A stretch of 64,000 nucleotides of DNA from the NCBI GenBank assembly GCA_013239625.1, contig MU053810.1:5612071-5676070 (forward strand), in the 5' to 3' direction. The position numbers and the translations under genes were made by a program. The stretch comes from Lama guanicoe (Eukaryota). The notes beneath the pieces are model-generated. The model saw only the letters and a list, made by a program, of their open reading frames with translations, had not been told where the DNA came from and made no database searches. Positions 51,180 to 64,000 of this stretch are shown in pieces. Within the stretch, counting starts at the first letter, position 1. Each line of letters begins with the position of its first letter.

Positions 51180-51967
51180 ATGTGGAATCTCATTCTATTG
51201 GGGCATTCCAGTATGTGTGTGTGTGTGTTTCAGCACCACCAAGCAGTTAAATCAGTTGTGACACTGTTTGCCTGGAGACAGTATCAGATCCGCCAGGTTA
51301 AGGGCTCAGTCCTACAAGACTCCACAACCCCCTTTACATCAGATGCTAGTTGATAAAAGTCCAGGTTGTCACCTGTGCTTCTGACCAACCGGCTGTGGGG
51401 CAGAGTTTCCCATGACCCTCTCCCCAGGTTTGATTCATTTGAAATAGTTGACTTGCTAGACCACCAGTTTATTATAATAAGATACAACTCAGGAGCAGCC
51501 AGATAGAAAAGATGCAGAGAGCAAAAGATAGGGGGAGGATGGGGAAATTTACCACGCTCTCTCGAAGTGCTCCTCTCTCCCAGAACCCCCCGCCCCCTGT
51601 GTTCACCAACCCAAAAATGCTCCCAGCCTCATTCTTTTGGGGTTTTATGGAGGCTTTATTACAGAGGCATGATCAATGAACTCACTGGCCATCGGTTTTT
51701 GAATTTGATCCCCAGCTCCCCCTCCTCTACCTGGTGGTCAGGGGGAGAGGGACTAAAAATTCCAACCCTCCAATCACCTGGTTGGTTTCCCTTGACAGCT
51801 AGCCCCTATCCTTAGATTACCTGGGCTTTCTGTAAGTCATTTTATTAACATAAAAAAGACACCATTGTTCCTCTTCACTTAGAAAATTCTGTGAGTTTCA
51901 GGAGCTCTGTGTTTGGAACTGGGATGAAGACCAAATAAATATTTCTTCCTAGAAATCAATATCAGAC
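51180..51967. mobile_element. MER21-like solo LTR
   Basis: cctggagacagtatcagatcc...gttaagggctcagtcctacaagact...caggttgtcacctgtgcttctgaccaaccggct...ggttttatggaggctttatt. Confidence 0.8.
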
Positions 51968-52792
51968 ATATTCAGTAGTTGCCTCAAAACTCCAAAATCA
52001 TAGAAAATTACTTAGTACTAGATTTTAAAAAGGGTTTGTATAATCAAGAGAAAGTGACATAGAAGTAACATGAAAATTTATTAAAACTGACTTCTCAGTA
52101 GAGCAGCACTAAACTATAATGAGTGAATGTCTAATTATTTTAAATTCTATTTTCAAAATGTGATGATATAAGTTCTATGTTCTTTCAAAACTCCAAACAC
52201 CACTAAAGCATCCTGAGCCTTTGCCTCTGAACCTTGAGTCTCCCAACCGTTCATTAAATCCACCTTGTTTTTCATGTTAAGGGACCTGATTCCCAGATTT
52301 GTGGTGTTAGCTGAGACCCCACCATCCCTTACCACCTGTGCACTGCTTGTGTTTACACTGTGTACCTTCCATCATGATCCAGGCCAGTCACCTATCTGCA
52401 GTCCTGCACCACATCTCTCCAAAAGGCCATATCTTCCTCTCTTGGCCAGAAGCCAATGTCCTCTGCCAACAGCTGTTGGAGAGTTCTGATTCATATATGA
52501 TGAATTCTATCTTGTTTTTACCATCAACTCTTTGATCCCAGTTCTGTCCCCTGTGGGCCTGAGAAGTATGGATCACCTCCTTCTTTAGACCTTTTCTTTC
52601 CCAGGCTAAAAGTCCCCAAGTCCTCATATGACTTATTTTTGTGCCCTTATGCTGATTCCTCCTGTTAAGTGTGCTATAAACATGGCTCCTACAAAGTAGA
52701 GCACACACTGAATGAAATACTTTAGTTGTGATCTGGCCAAGCACTAAATAGCTTGGACATGGAAAGCACGTGGATTGGTGGTGACGTGAATG

Positions 52793-53312
52793 TTGTTGGG
52801 GAGGAAAAACTTGTCCTCTACCCTCTTACGGTCATTCTCTGGGGACCTGCAAATTAAACTAGTAAAAGACAGATTAAAGGAGAAAAGGCATAAAATTTTA
52901 TTAATTTCACGTGCAGGAGAGTTCACAGAAAAGACTCAGAGAAGTGGTTAGACTCCAGGGTTTGTGTACCATTTTCAACCAAGGAAAGGGAGTTTGGGCT
53001 CCACATGAAATAGGAGGAGGTGACTAGGAAATATATAGGGGACAGGAGCAGAATGTGAGGGCAATTTTAGTAACGTTTGCTTGTGCAGACTCATCTTGGT
53101 GCCAAGTCTCTACCTTTGGGGATGAGTTTCTCTCCTGTTCCTGGTTTGGGAGAAGAAGACACCTTCACCAGGAAAATTATGCCCTGGGTTTGGGCAGAGA
53201 AGGAGCAAGTAGAGAACTCTTCCTGCATCTGCTGATGCTGAATTGTCTTCATGAAAATAATCCTTAGGCCAGAGAGGCATATGTTGGAGTAGCAGGTTTT
53301 GATCCCAAGGTA
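52793..53312 (-). mobile_element. ERV1 solo LTR (MER34-like)
   Basis: The - strand starts ...caacatatgcctctctggcctaaggattatttt and has AATAAA near 52900; similar to the 59022 copy. Confidence 0.7.
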
Positions 53313-53569
53313 TAATTTGATACCTGCTCCCCCGGTCCACTCCAGTTACTCTGTATTGCTTTCTTCTGGGGACCTAGGTCCCTAACCTCTCATTACCACC
53401 TTCAAAATCATGCTCTAAATGATCTCTTCAGATTATCACACCATGAATTAGGATCCTTGAGGTTCTGTTGTTTTTACAGTTATAAATCAGCTTAATGATT
53501 ATTCAGTTATTCAAATTCTATTTGCTTCTCCACGATAAGAGGTCTCATCTGATGCTTGACCGAAGTCTG

Positions 53570-54225
53570 TACTCATTCATTCATTCATTTACTCATTCAT
53601 TCGGCTCCATGGGTGCCAAGCCCCGTCCCGGTCACCAGGAATAGCAGTTAATGAAATAAAGCCCCTGCCCTTAGGGGGAGTGTGGTCTAGTGGGACAAGC
53701 AGGCCACACACACACATAGAGACATACTGAATGTGATGTGGTGGGCAATGCTGAAAACCAAATTCAGAAGGGCAAGAGGGTGAGCAGTTTAGGGAATGAT
53801 CACAAAGAGCTTCTCTGAGGAGGTGGTGTTTTGGCAGAAACCTGGCCAGCATGAGGGTGTGTGGAGTATTTGGAGGACAGAGAGTTCTGGGCAGAGGGAA
53901 CAACAAAGGCAAAGATTCTGAAGCCCATGCTAGGATCAGCCAGAGACCCAGTGCCTCTGAACCCAGGAAAGGGCAGGCAGGTCACAGATCCCGCAAGGAC
54001 TTGCAGGCCATGGGGAAGCCTCCAGACTATCCAGGGAATGTTGGGGGATCCCGTGGGAGATGTTGAGCAAGATTTAAATCCTGAATCTTAAGAGAGAAGG
54101 AAAGAGAGAGGGAGAGGAAGGGAGGGAAGAAAGAAAGAAAAGCACTGACTGTTTTGTGGGGAAGCCTGTGGGTTGGAAGCAAGTGCAGAAGCAGGAAAGG
54201 GCTCAGACAGCTAGCTAGTTGTCCA
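53570..54225 (-). mobile_element. L2 LINE 3' fragment
   Basis: (ttca)n tail, gtgccaag...gcttctctgaggaggtggtgttt...ggcagagggaacaacaaaggcaaag. Confidence 0.75.
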
Positions 54226-55290
54226 GACTCTGCTTACTTTGTTCCTTGATCTACCAACTGAGTAATCGTTCAAAAAGAGAGTAAGTCATGCTTAATGAGA
54301 TTTGTTGTTCATCAGCATTTGTTGGCTCCTAGCAGTTGTTGTTTTCTGAGTACTTTTAGGCTAGTCACCCATTTCTTCTAGAACATTCCATGGCTGGAAA
54401 ACTAGTTCCCTGAATGACATGGGCAGACGAAACCAATGTGAGGTAGCAGAAGGGGCCTGCCCTTGGTGGTAGACACTCCTGTTTCGAATCTGGCTCGCTC
54501 TTTTATCTCAGGTAGGGTCATCTGAGACGCCATTTTCTTGTGCATAAAATGAAAATGATGATACTTCTCTGAGAACTAAATGTCATGAGGAATATTGAAA
54601 AGCTTAACTATATATATATACAGTTCCTGCAACTTCAGGGCTCAGCAAATCTTACAGCCATTTTTTATTTTACTTTAGCCTTCATTTAACCTGATGGTGG
54701 AGTCTGTAAGGGTATGAAGTAGGCTTTGTTTATGTTTGTGTCTCCAGTGGAGTGGCTGAGTCATAAAAGGTGCTAAATTCAGAGTGAAATCAATGAGTCT
54801 GTGCAGTCAGTGTCAAGTTAGCCAGCATCCCAGTGGAACTGTAGGAAGAAGGCATTTCCAGGTGAGAGGCACAGTGATGGTGGCTGTCAGTGCTGACCTG
54901 GAGTCCCCAAGGCTCATTGTCAGGCTGACTAGGTGACCCCCGAGGCCTCTGAGAAGCAGAGATGTCACACACGGGGCCAGTGGGAGCAACAAGGAGCCTT
55001 TGAGGCACATTGTGGGTCTCTGCTGAGCTCCTGCTATAGTTTGTTGTTGTTTTGCTGTGTTTCCTGAACAGCTAAAGGGGAAGGTGTAGACCCAGCTCCC
55101 CAGGTGGTCTTGAAGAGCATCAACTAATTTGAATAAATATTGTTCTGGTGAGAATGAACCTGCTCTTTATCCTTCAAAGACAATTCAGTATAACATCAGA
55201 AGAGAGTGTTCTCTTCCCCACATGGGTGCAGGGATCTAACTGGATGCTTCCCCTCATGTATGCAGTTTGCTAGCCCAGCCCCTGGAAAAT

Positions 55291-55861
55291 TGTTGCAGGA
55301 AAATGGGGCTAGAGGATGGTCATGTCCCAGGTCTTGAGCAAATCCCTGGGACATATCCCGCCAGGTGAGGGTCTTTGGCTTCACATAGGAAAGAATTCAA
55401 GAGTGAGTAAAAGTAGATTTATTCAGGGAGATACACACTCCATAGACAAAGTGCAGGCCATCTCAGAAGTCAGGAGAGGCCCCAGGCGATGGGGTTGTCT
55501 TGGAGAGTGACAGAGACCTTGAGATGTGGGAGTGGTTAGTTTTAATGGGCTGGGTAATTTCATAGGCTAACAATAGTAGGAGGATTATTCTGACTATTTT
55601 GGAGGAGAGGCAGAGATTTCCAGGAACAGGGCCAGCATCCACTTTTTGACCTTTTATGGCCAGCCTTGGAACTGTCATGGTGCCTTAGGTGTGTCATTTG
55701 GTATGCTAATACGTTATGATGAATATGTAATGAGGCTCAAAGTAGGAAGTCAAATCCTCTGCCATTTTGGGTTGAGTTTGTTCTAACTAGTTTATGTCTT
55801 ATCCTCAATTGCTGTTTCAGTCTTTTAATGGTTGTGCCCTGCCCCTTTCCCTCCTGTCTCA
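55291..55861 (-). mobile_element. ERV1-class solo LTR
   Basis: TG...CA ends, ggaaagaattcaagagtgag, AATAAA on the - strand near 55420; subfamily not identified. Confidence 0.65.
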
Positions 55862-56190
55862 AAGCAGCCCCTCTTCATTACCTTGAGAGCCCCTGATGAT
55901 CCTAGCCCCTTACTCTGTGACTCAGACCTGTCCATCTGATATACGGACATGAGCAGAGGAGCAGCGGGGACTTGGACACACAGAGTGGGCCAAGTCCACT
56001 TGTGAAATGTTTTATTTTAAAACCCCATGTAAACTGTACCTTTTCTCCAAAATATAATTTAAAAGAAAAATATTTCAGATACTTAGCAGTTAAATTGCTT
56101 AACATTTTGCTCACAAATCTTTCAGTAAAGTAAATAAAGGTGGGGAGTGACTTATTTTATCTCTTAGAGCCTTCATATACCCACAGCCTG

Positions 56191-56589
56191 TGTTATGGGC
56201 TGAACTGTATTCCCTCCACCCCAAAATTCACATGTAGAAGTCCTAACCTCAAAATATATCTCTGAATGTGACAGTATTTGGAGACGGGACCTTTAAAGAA
56301 ATAAAGTTAAAGTCGGGTCCTTAGGGTGGGCCCTAATCTAATAAGGCTTATGTCCTTGTGAAGAGATGAGGACACAGATGCTCGCAGACTGAGGGGTGAC
56401 CACTTGAGGTGAAGACACAGCAAGAACACAGCCATCTGCAAGCCAAGGAGAGAGGCCTTAGAAGAAAGCCGGCTGCTGCCACCTTGATCTTGTACTTCCA
56501 GCTTCTAGAAATGTGAGAAAATAAATCTCTATTGTTTAAGCCCCCGAGTCTATGGGATTTTGTTACAGCAGCTGGAGCAGACTGATACA
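56191..56589 (+). mobile_element. MaLR solo LTR (MLT1B-like)
   Basis: tgttatgggctgaactgt...ccatctgcaagccaaggagagaggcct...aataaatctctattgtttaagcc...gactgataca. Confidence 0.9.
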
Positions 56590-56689
56590 TCCTGTGACCA
56601 CAAACGTTGAGAAGCTCAGCCTAAAACGATCACCTCTAAGAAGTGGCTCAGAGGTCAGGTGAGGGGCATGGTGTTTGTCTGCTGGGGCT

Positions 56690-56976
56690 GGCCAACCAGG
56701 TGCAGAATCTGGGGGCTCCTTCTGAGGGCTGTGAGGGAAGGGTCTGTGCCAGGCCTCTCTCTCTGGCTTGTAGACAGCCGTCTTCTCTCTGTGTGTCTGT
56801 GTTTAAATTTCCCCTTCTTATAAGGACACCAGTCATATTGGATCAGGGCCCACACTAATGACCTCATTTTAACTCGATTCCCTCTGTAAAGACTTTCCAA
56901 ATTAGGTCACATTCTGAGGTGCTGTGGGTTAGGACTTCACCATATGAATTTTGAGGGACACAATTGAACTTGTAAC
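56690..56976 (-). mobile_element. MaLR LTR fragment (MLT1C-like)
   Basis: cttataaggacaccagtcatattggatcagggcccacactaatgacctcattttaact...ggtcacattctgagg. Confidence 0.85.
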
Positions 56977-57144
56977 AGGGATGTCCTCAGAGGACAGGGG
57001 GCTAGAGTCAGTCTCCTCTGTTTTCCTGCCGTTAATTTATAAGCAGTACTTTCCCCCGAAGGACTGGATTGAAATCCAGGCTTTACCCCTTCATTTAGCT
57101 GTGTGTTCTCAACCAAGTCACTGCATTGATTGTATTTTCTGTTT

Positions 57145-57370
57145 AACGAATATTTATATAAAGAACTTACAATTGCCAAACATTGTTCTAAAGACTTTAG
57201 AGAGTTTATCTCATTTAATATTTGTAATAACTCCGAGAAATTGGTACTGTTAGTATTCCAGTTTTATACAGGGGACTATTAAGGAACTTGCTCAAGGTCA
57301 CACAGCTAGTAAATAAGGAAGCAGGATGGGGGCCCACGTGTTTAGTCCCAGAGTTATCGCACTTATCCAC
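57145..57370 (-). mobile_element. MIR SINE
   Basis: tctcatttaat...cagttttatacaggg...aacttgctcaaggtcacacagctagtaa. Confidence 0.75.
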
Positions 57371-57479
57371 TCTGCTGTCTGGGCTTTGTGAAATAATGTC
57401 TACTATGCTGGTCATTGTGAGAATTCAGAAAATATTAGCTTCCTTTTCTCCTTACGTCTCATCACTTTGTATTTACATT

Positions 57480-57620
57480 TATTGACATATGTAAAATATA
57501 GATACATATATCTGTAAGTACATATATATTTAGAGGATGTATGTAATATGTAAATAATGTGTGAATAGATATACATTTAGAGGATGCGTGTAATATATAA
57601 ATATGTAAATACGTATATAT
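57480..57620. repeat. TA-rich low-complexity repeat with a duplicated unit (atttagaggatg...tgtaatat)
   Basis: Direct inspection. Confidence 0.7.
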
Positions 57621-59021
57621 TTGGAGGGTAAAGTAACAACTATACTGGATGAAATATTGGTGAAAGATCACAGCATTGGGAATCATGAATGGAGGGAGCA
57701 AAGAGGAAACAATATGAGAAACAGGCCAAAAGGAGCACACCTTTTTGGTCATTCATCTGACCATTCTACTAAGTTTCACCAGTTTTACCCTTTGTTTCTT
57801 TGGAAAGACTCAAAACAGTTGTGGAACTAATTCCAAGTTTTTGATTGTATTTGTGGCTTTTTAGGATATAACATTGAATTTGTCACAATTTTTTCCTTTG
57901 TCAGAAGTGTCTCATGTAATGAGGTTGGAAAAAAGAATCACTTGTATGTTTTACCTCTGCCCAGGGTAGTTTTGGCAATAACTAATACGCTAACATTATT
58001 CCATTATTTTTCAGTTCAGTGTTAAGTTTTATTGGGAAACTGGACCCGTCTGATTCTTCTCAGGGGCTGGAGAGGACATGGTCTACAGCTGGCATGCCAG
58101 GCAAATAACTACATCTGATAGTTGATCTTGAACCATGGTGTTTACAGCGAGCAACAGAGCCTCAATTTAACAAAATTGCAGCACTTAGACTTTGAAAGAG
58201 ACTTGCACTTAAAGGAAGCACGAGGAAAATTTTCTTTTCCATCACACATGTTCTGGCCACATTTTGATAAAGGAGTTTCCAGTTTCATTGGTTCTGAATT
58301 TAAGAGCATTACATTCCTCTTTCTAGGTACAGATCAATGTAATTTGATCCCTGTTCATTATCCACGTTAATGTAGAGCAGGGCATTACATTAGGTACAGG
58401 GGGAGATAAATGTGTATGAGAGAGAGTTTATGTCCTTAACTGCTGTATTCTGAAGACAGTAGACCAAGTGCAGTGAACACAGTGCTATGGGATTTCAAAA
58501 GGAGCAGTGACATTTCATGACTGGGGCGTCAGGAAGCTGCCTAGAAGGGGTGGTATCATAGCTGAGCTGTGAAGGGTCAACCTTTGAAAAGCTGAGATGT
58601 TACTGGGGAGCTTCTCATGCTGCCGAAAGACAATAGTGTGATCCAGAGCATGGATGTGATGAAGGGGGAGGGTCAGGGTCCATGCTCTGCTGATGCTCTT
58701 CATCTGGGGACCACAATCTGAGAACCTCTGCTCTACAGAAGGGAGAAGGTGGAGTCCAGGTTGCAGGAGGAAGGAGAGCCTTAGAAAAGAGAAAAGACAC
58801 GTCTCTGTCAGAAAATAACCAGAAGTGAAAGCAAAAACAGTGGATAAAGACACATAAAAATCTGAAGCAGGGGTAAACCAGTGATGGCAGCTTCTGGAAT
58901 TGAAGAATATGTATTAGAATCCAGAAAGCTATCACTGTGGATACTGAAGTTACGCCAGTGAAGATGGACAGGATGGAAGAAAACGCTCTGAGCCCAGTGC
59001 TGAACCCATCAAGGAAGAGGG

Positions 59022-59568
59022 TGTTGGGGAGGAAAATTCTCCTTCCTTCTGCTCTCCTGGGTTCTCCAGCTGGGGTCCTGTAAAACGAAGTTGACAAAAA
59101 CAGACTCATAAGAGAAAAACTGTTTATTAACATGTGCAGTGCACCTTACACAGGGGAAACCTTGAGGAAGAGTGACTCCAAGGGGTGGTTAGAACCTGGG
59201 CTTATGTAGCATCTTAACAAAAGGACAGTACGTTGTCCGAGAAGTGACAAGACAGAGGAAGAGGAGTTTGAGTTTCTAGGATGACAGATTGTGAGAAGGT
59301 CGGTATCTGGGGGAAACTAATGAAGTAAGGTTTGTTTGTGAAGGTCCATGTTGGCCCCAACTTTTCCATCATCTTCATGGCCATAAAGCATCCTTGAAAT
59401 AGGGGACTTACAGTAGCCCCTATTTTTCCACAGTTTCTACTTTTAGTCACTTAACGGAAGCTCCAAGAAGGTGTTTTTCTGTATCTGTTGATTCTCACTT
59501 ACTCCCAGCTCGAAAGAACTCTTCTGCCAGTGTGGCATATTTGGGGAGGCATATTTTGGTCCCCTACA
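59022..59568 (-). mobile_element. ERV1 solo LTR (MER34-like)
   Basis: The - strand starts tgtaggggaccaaaatatgcctccccaaatatgccacactggc and ends ...ccccaaca. Confidence 0.75.
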
Positions 59569-59809
59569 GAGGACATAAGTGGAGGAAGGGGTCTTAGGTG
59601 AGATGGGCCATGACTGTGGGGTCCTGTGGTCCGGGGATGGTATCAGGGCAGCAAAAACCATCCAAACTCCTTTAGTGAAACTGAGTAAGAGAACCCACAG
59701 CCTCCACTGCAGGAAGTCACGAGGAAACTGATGAGATGAGACTAAATTACTGTTTCAGCCCAGGCAGAGTCACAGGGGACAGGAGAGGTGGTCTGAGGTG
59801 AAGGGCAAG

Positions 59810-59990
59810 CACTTCCAGAGCTCTTTGCATGTACTGACTCCTGTCATCCTCACAGGGACCCTATGAGGTTGGTATTATCATCCCCACCTTACAGTTCAAG
59901 AAATGAGGTAATGAGAAATTAAGTACTTTCCCAAGCTCACATGATTAGTAAAGGATGAAGCCAGGGATGGAATCCAGGCAGCCTCTGGGG
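59810..59990 (-). mobile_element. MIR SINE
   Basis: atcctcacagggaccctatgaggttggtattatcatccccaccttacag...gaaattaagtactttcccaagctcac. Confidence 0.8.
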
Positions 59991-62062
59991 AGCTTGACAG
60001 CATCGCACCGAGCTTACTTGGCACTTTGGCTTGCCCTTATCCTTTTGCCAGATCCCTTCACCGGGAGCCAGTGCCTGATGAGGAGAACGCCAGCCCCAGG
60101 GACTTGCTTTGCGCTGCATCTGAGGGGCTGCACTCCATCTTACTGTCTCATTCCAGGGCTCCTGTTACCTGGACGTGGTGGGAGGACACGGGCCAGTGAG
60201 AATAGAGAAGGGGCCCCTCAGAAGTGTCACCCTTCAGTGCCAGGGTTTGGAACAGGAAACAAAATGGTACCAATGGCCCAGAGTGCAGACCCAGAGCCTG
60301 AGAAAGAGCCCCTTCTCAGCAGAATGGAAGGGCAGGGCGGGGGCATCAGAGTGTATTTCATCCGCTCAATGACACCCGTTCTCTTCTGTGTGAAAATCAA
60401 ATGTTTGCTTTTTTTTTTTTTTTGGTCTGTTTCTTGGGTGTTGGTACTGCTCAAATTAAGAAGCCTGTAACCCCCAGAACTGTGCTATGAATGCACAACT
60501 CCAACAATCTTGAGTGATGAATGGTTTATAACATACCCGTGTGCTGCATTTCTCTGTATGTCTGTCCTTTTTAAAAAAGAAAGGTACAGTGATACTGAAT
60601 TATGGGTCTGAGTGGAAGAAACGCTTCCTCCTACCCCACGCCCACAGACAGCCAGGGCTGAAAGCATCCTTTCCCCGAATCCATTCACTCGTTTTCTTGC
60701 TAGATATTTTGGATGTGTTTTACCTGGTCACCTAAAAACCAGTGCTTTGAGTGACTATTGAGAAAGAATACATAAGGAATCTGGTGACGAGGCAGCTCAC
60801 CCAGGGTTGCAGCTGAAATAGAGTGTGGGTGGCAAGGGAACCCCACAAGCAGGTGCTCCTCATTTCCTGTGAAGAAAGCACTTCAGCGAAAGGAGGGAGC
60901 GAAACAGTGCAAGAGGGACCCTCCCGTGCTCCCGTTTTCTTTCTTATAAAGGGAGAAAGAATCACAACGGATACATCAACATATTATGTAGGATATATTC
61001 CAGCAGCTATTGTAACACATAATCAGGCAATCAATGGCAAATTTTGCCATCTTAATCATAAAAGTGATAAAAATCTGTTCAAGTGACGAGATCACTTGTG
61101 TCCTGGATTAAGTTTGGGTGCGGTGGGGGTGGGGGGCGGGATTTGTGTAGGGCAGTGATTTGAAGGAGGAGTAGGATTTGGAATCTTTGAGCATTTCCTC
61201 CATTTCTCCGTGCCTCTCAGCCCACTCGATGTGAGAAAAGCCATAAAGAAACAGCCATTTGGATAGTTTAATCTTACAAATTTCCACTTGCAATTCTAAG
61301 AAAAGGTTTACAGTCATTCTAGTGGGTCTAGCATTATTGAACCACTTAAACCCAAAAGTTCCCACTTGCCCCTGACTTTCAGATTGTTTTCACAGACAAT
61401 GCAGTCATGGTAGTCCTTCTGTTATCAAGATACATCCAGTCTGTCATGTTGATGGAGCGCTATTTTAAACTAGGCTGAATAGAATTTGTTTAATGTGAAG
61501 TTCTCTTGATTAGGTATTTATCAAGAAACCAAGTGGCTTTCAAACTATGTTCATCCACTAAAACACCTCTTCCCCTACAGAAAATGTTTGGCCATCTTTT
61601 TCATTGCTTTTCCCCCATAGAAGAGGGAGGCTTCTTACAAGTAAGAGCTCGTCCCACCATGGTCCCCTCCACCCAGGTATATGAGGTATGCCAGCCCTCT
61701 GTCATAGCTCTATCTGTCCAGGAATTACTTTTGCTCCTCATAACCACCAGTGGCCACCTAGTCCACTATCAGCACTACACATACAGACACACTAGAGAAA
61801 CCTCCATTTTCATTGCCTTGACCTTTGAAGGCCTCTATATATCAAATAGAATACCAGGTCACAATGTCACAGTCAACATCAAGGTTGGGCCCCATCTGTT
61901 ACACCATTACATGTTCTTCATAATCTATTGTGGTTTTCATTTCAACTTTTTAACAGCTGTATAAATTCAGATCTCCAAGGGTAGAAGAGGTGGTCCAGAC
62001 TCACATCTGACCTTTTCACCTCCCCCATCCTCCACACCCCCAGTGCTCCATTTCCAACTCTT

Positions 62063-62421
62063 GTGCCTTAGTCTGTTTGGGGTCCTGTAATGAAATACCA
62101 TAGACTAGTTGGCTTATACACAACAGATTTATTTCTCACAGTTCTGGAGGCTGGAAGTCTGAGGTCGTGGTGTCAGCATGGTTGGGTTCTGGGGAGAACC
62201 CTCTTCCGGGTTGCAGGTGGCTGTTTCCTTAATGTCTGGGACAGAGAGGGTGAGACGGCTCTCTGGGGTCTCTTCAATAAGGGCACTAATCCCATTCATG
62301 AGAGCTCCACCCTCATGACCTAATCACCTCCCAAACGCCCCGCCTCCAAATACCATCACATTGGAGGTTAGGATTTCAACATGTAAAATCCAGGGAGACA
62401 CAAACATTAAGGCCATAACAC
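62063..62421 (-). mobile_element. MaLR solo LTR (MLT1A-like)
   Basis: atttctcacagttctggaggctggaagtctgagg...gggcactaatcccattcatgagagctccaccctcatgacctaatcacctccc. Confidence 0.9.
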
Positions 62422-63213
62422 CCTGTAAAAATTTCCAAATTTCCATCTTGCTAGATTGTTCCTATGTCAGTAAATTAAGTTCTTCTGGAACAAGCCCAGG
62501 CATCCATAAATAACACTAAGCAGAAACGTAGCAGCACATTTTCAAGAAGGAGAAGAGTCTAGTCAATGATTATGTCAAGAAACTGTCTTAACACTGATCT
62601 TTGCAATGACGGAGGTTATCAAGACTGGTCTTAGGAACAGAGATACTCTCTACCTAGTAAGATTTCTGTATTTCTGTTCACCAGAAGGGTTCCCTGTAAC
62701 CCCACCAATACCCTGACTGCTTTTGTGGGGTCCAGTCATTCCCTAATGAGCCTACCTTGTGGAGACGTACCAGTGTGTCAATAATGGGTGCAGATGAACG
62801 TTGCTGTATCCCTCCCTGACATCAGGCTCGGTGAGGGGACTGAGATGGCGTAGTCAGAGACTGCCAAGTCTACTTCCTCCACACCTTGGATGACATTCAG
62901 GCCTTGATGTTACAGAAATTCATACTTTGGTGAGAAGCTCATTAGAGCCTGTGTTGTGAACCAAAGGCAACTTCCAGAGAAAGAAAAAAATCATCCTTTC
63001 CTTTTCCATTCCTTCATCATAAACTACACTTTTAAGAAATTTGCTTTCTTTTGAAAATTAGAAATTGTGTGGCTTTTGCATGTGCACATGGGCTTTTTGG
63101 TCAAATGACTCAACAATACTTGAATTTTACTTTCCTCGTAATATTCCCTTTTAGGTCAAATCAAAACAGGGGTTCAGCTGATGTTTATCCTCTACCTAAT
63201 ATTTTCTCCAGTC

Positions 63214-63401
63214 CAGTGGTCCTCAAAGTGTGGCTCCCAGTGCAGTAGCATCAGCGTCACTTGGGAACTTGTTACAAATGTCAGTCTTTGGGCCCCAGCC
63301 CAGGTCTGTTGAATCTGGAGTTCTGGGGGTGAGGCCCAGCCCTTGTGTTTTAACAAACCCTCCAGCAGATTTTAATCTGCACTGATGTTCGAGAGCCACT
63401 G
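63214..63401. mobile_element. MER5A, near full length
   Basis: Terminal inverted repeats cagtggtcctc...gagagccactg and the typical internal sequence. Confidence 0.88.
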
Positions 63402-63846
63402 CTGTAGTAGAACTTATCTGTGTGTCTTCCGGTCCTAGTCAGCTTTATTATACAGCTTTCCTCTCTTCACAAAATCCCACCTTAACTTCACCACCTCAAC
63501 TAATCGAATTTTCAAATTTAAAAGTATTTTTTTAATTGCTTCTTGCCTTTGAAATAGACTCTCACAAGTTTTGCAGATGATTTATTTCCCTAATAAATTG
63601 GTAAAGAATTTAACATATTAATAGTTGAAGGGGAAGGAGAAGTTGAGATTTTTTCTATCAAATATTTAATCCCTGCATTACAAATAGTCCCAACTATTTA
63701 ATATACACATTTCCACTGTGATCATTTAACAACACCATGGTTAACAGAATTTCCTTGTCAGAAAGTGCCTAGTGTAAGGACAACAGAAGTTTCCCTAGAA
63801 TAAGAATGATTATTTATGTGGTCAGGTTGCTATAACAATAATACTT

Positions 63847-63972
63847 GGGAGGAGGGAGGGTATAGCTCAAGTGGTAGAGCGCATGCTTAGCATGCATAAG
63901 GTCCTGGGTTCAATCCCCAGTACCTCCTCTAAGAATAAATAAATAAACCTAATTGCCTCCCCCCACCAAAGA
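63847..63972 (+). mobile_element. tRNA-derived SINE (Vic-1 type)
   Basis: gggagggtatagctcaagtggtagagcgcatgcttagcatgcataaggtcctgggttcaatccccagtacctcc plus the family tail. Confidence 0.9.
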
Positions 63973-64000
63973 AGAGTAGTACTTGGAAGAATCATGGCAT

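Larger units (their letters stand above)
26394..64000 (+). other. CACNB2: Long CACNB2 intron continuing beyond the window
   Basis: The expected next exon (TKPVAFAVRTNV...) was not found by eye; the sequence is repeat-rich and non-coding. Confidence 0.8.

Noticed and set aside
52793..59568. Two same-orientation MER34-like LTRs 6 kb apart as a possible provirus
   Set aside because: The LTRs are quite divergent from each other, and the interior holds older L2/MIR/MLT1 elements with no gag or pol remnants.
59955..60470. 171-aa ATG ORF, and similar ORFs at 58615-59133 and 61506-61964
   Set aside because: No recognisable domains or exon structure; partly repeat-derived; expected by chance.
63855..63927. 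tRNA-like sequence (also near 415-488)
   Set aside because: Followed by the SINE family tail and present in six diverged copies, some with TSDs; these are SINE heads, not tRNA genes.
1..64000. CRISPR arrays, operons or other prokaryote-type systems
   Set aside because: The sequence is mammalian intron DNA with no repeat-spacer arrays or dense gene clusters.

Overview
Mammalian genomic DNA, most likely a camelid, judged from six copies of a tRNA-derived Vic-1-type SINE and matching young L1 3' ends. The window lies inside the + strand gene CACNB2 (voltage-gated Ca2+ channel beta-2 subunit). I can support only two coding exons. One is the beta2e-specific first exon (25371-25439, MKATWIRLLKRAKGGRLKNSDIC). 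The other is the shared exon starting the conserved core (26274-26393, [40 protein letters not shown]). They are joined by an 834-bp GT-AG intron. Everything else is intronic: L1, L2, MIR, MaLR/ERV LTRs, hAT DNA transposons and microsatellites. A full-length, disabled HSPB1 (HSP27) processed pseudogene lies on the - strand (41907-42752) inside an old L1. The most notable observations are (1) a strong-Kozak 32-codon uORF whose stop overlaps the weak-Kozak beta2e start (TAATG), (2) the HSPB1 retrocopy keeping its CpG island with apparently GC-biased substitutions, and (3) several small TSD-flanked polyadenylated insertions, including a ~79-nt LTR-R-like element. I see no evidence of a novel multi-gene system. 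Nearly all entries in the ORF track are non-coding noise. Repeat family names come from recalled consensus sequences and their boundaries are approximate.
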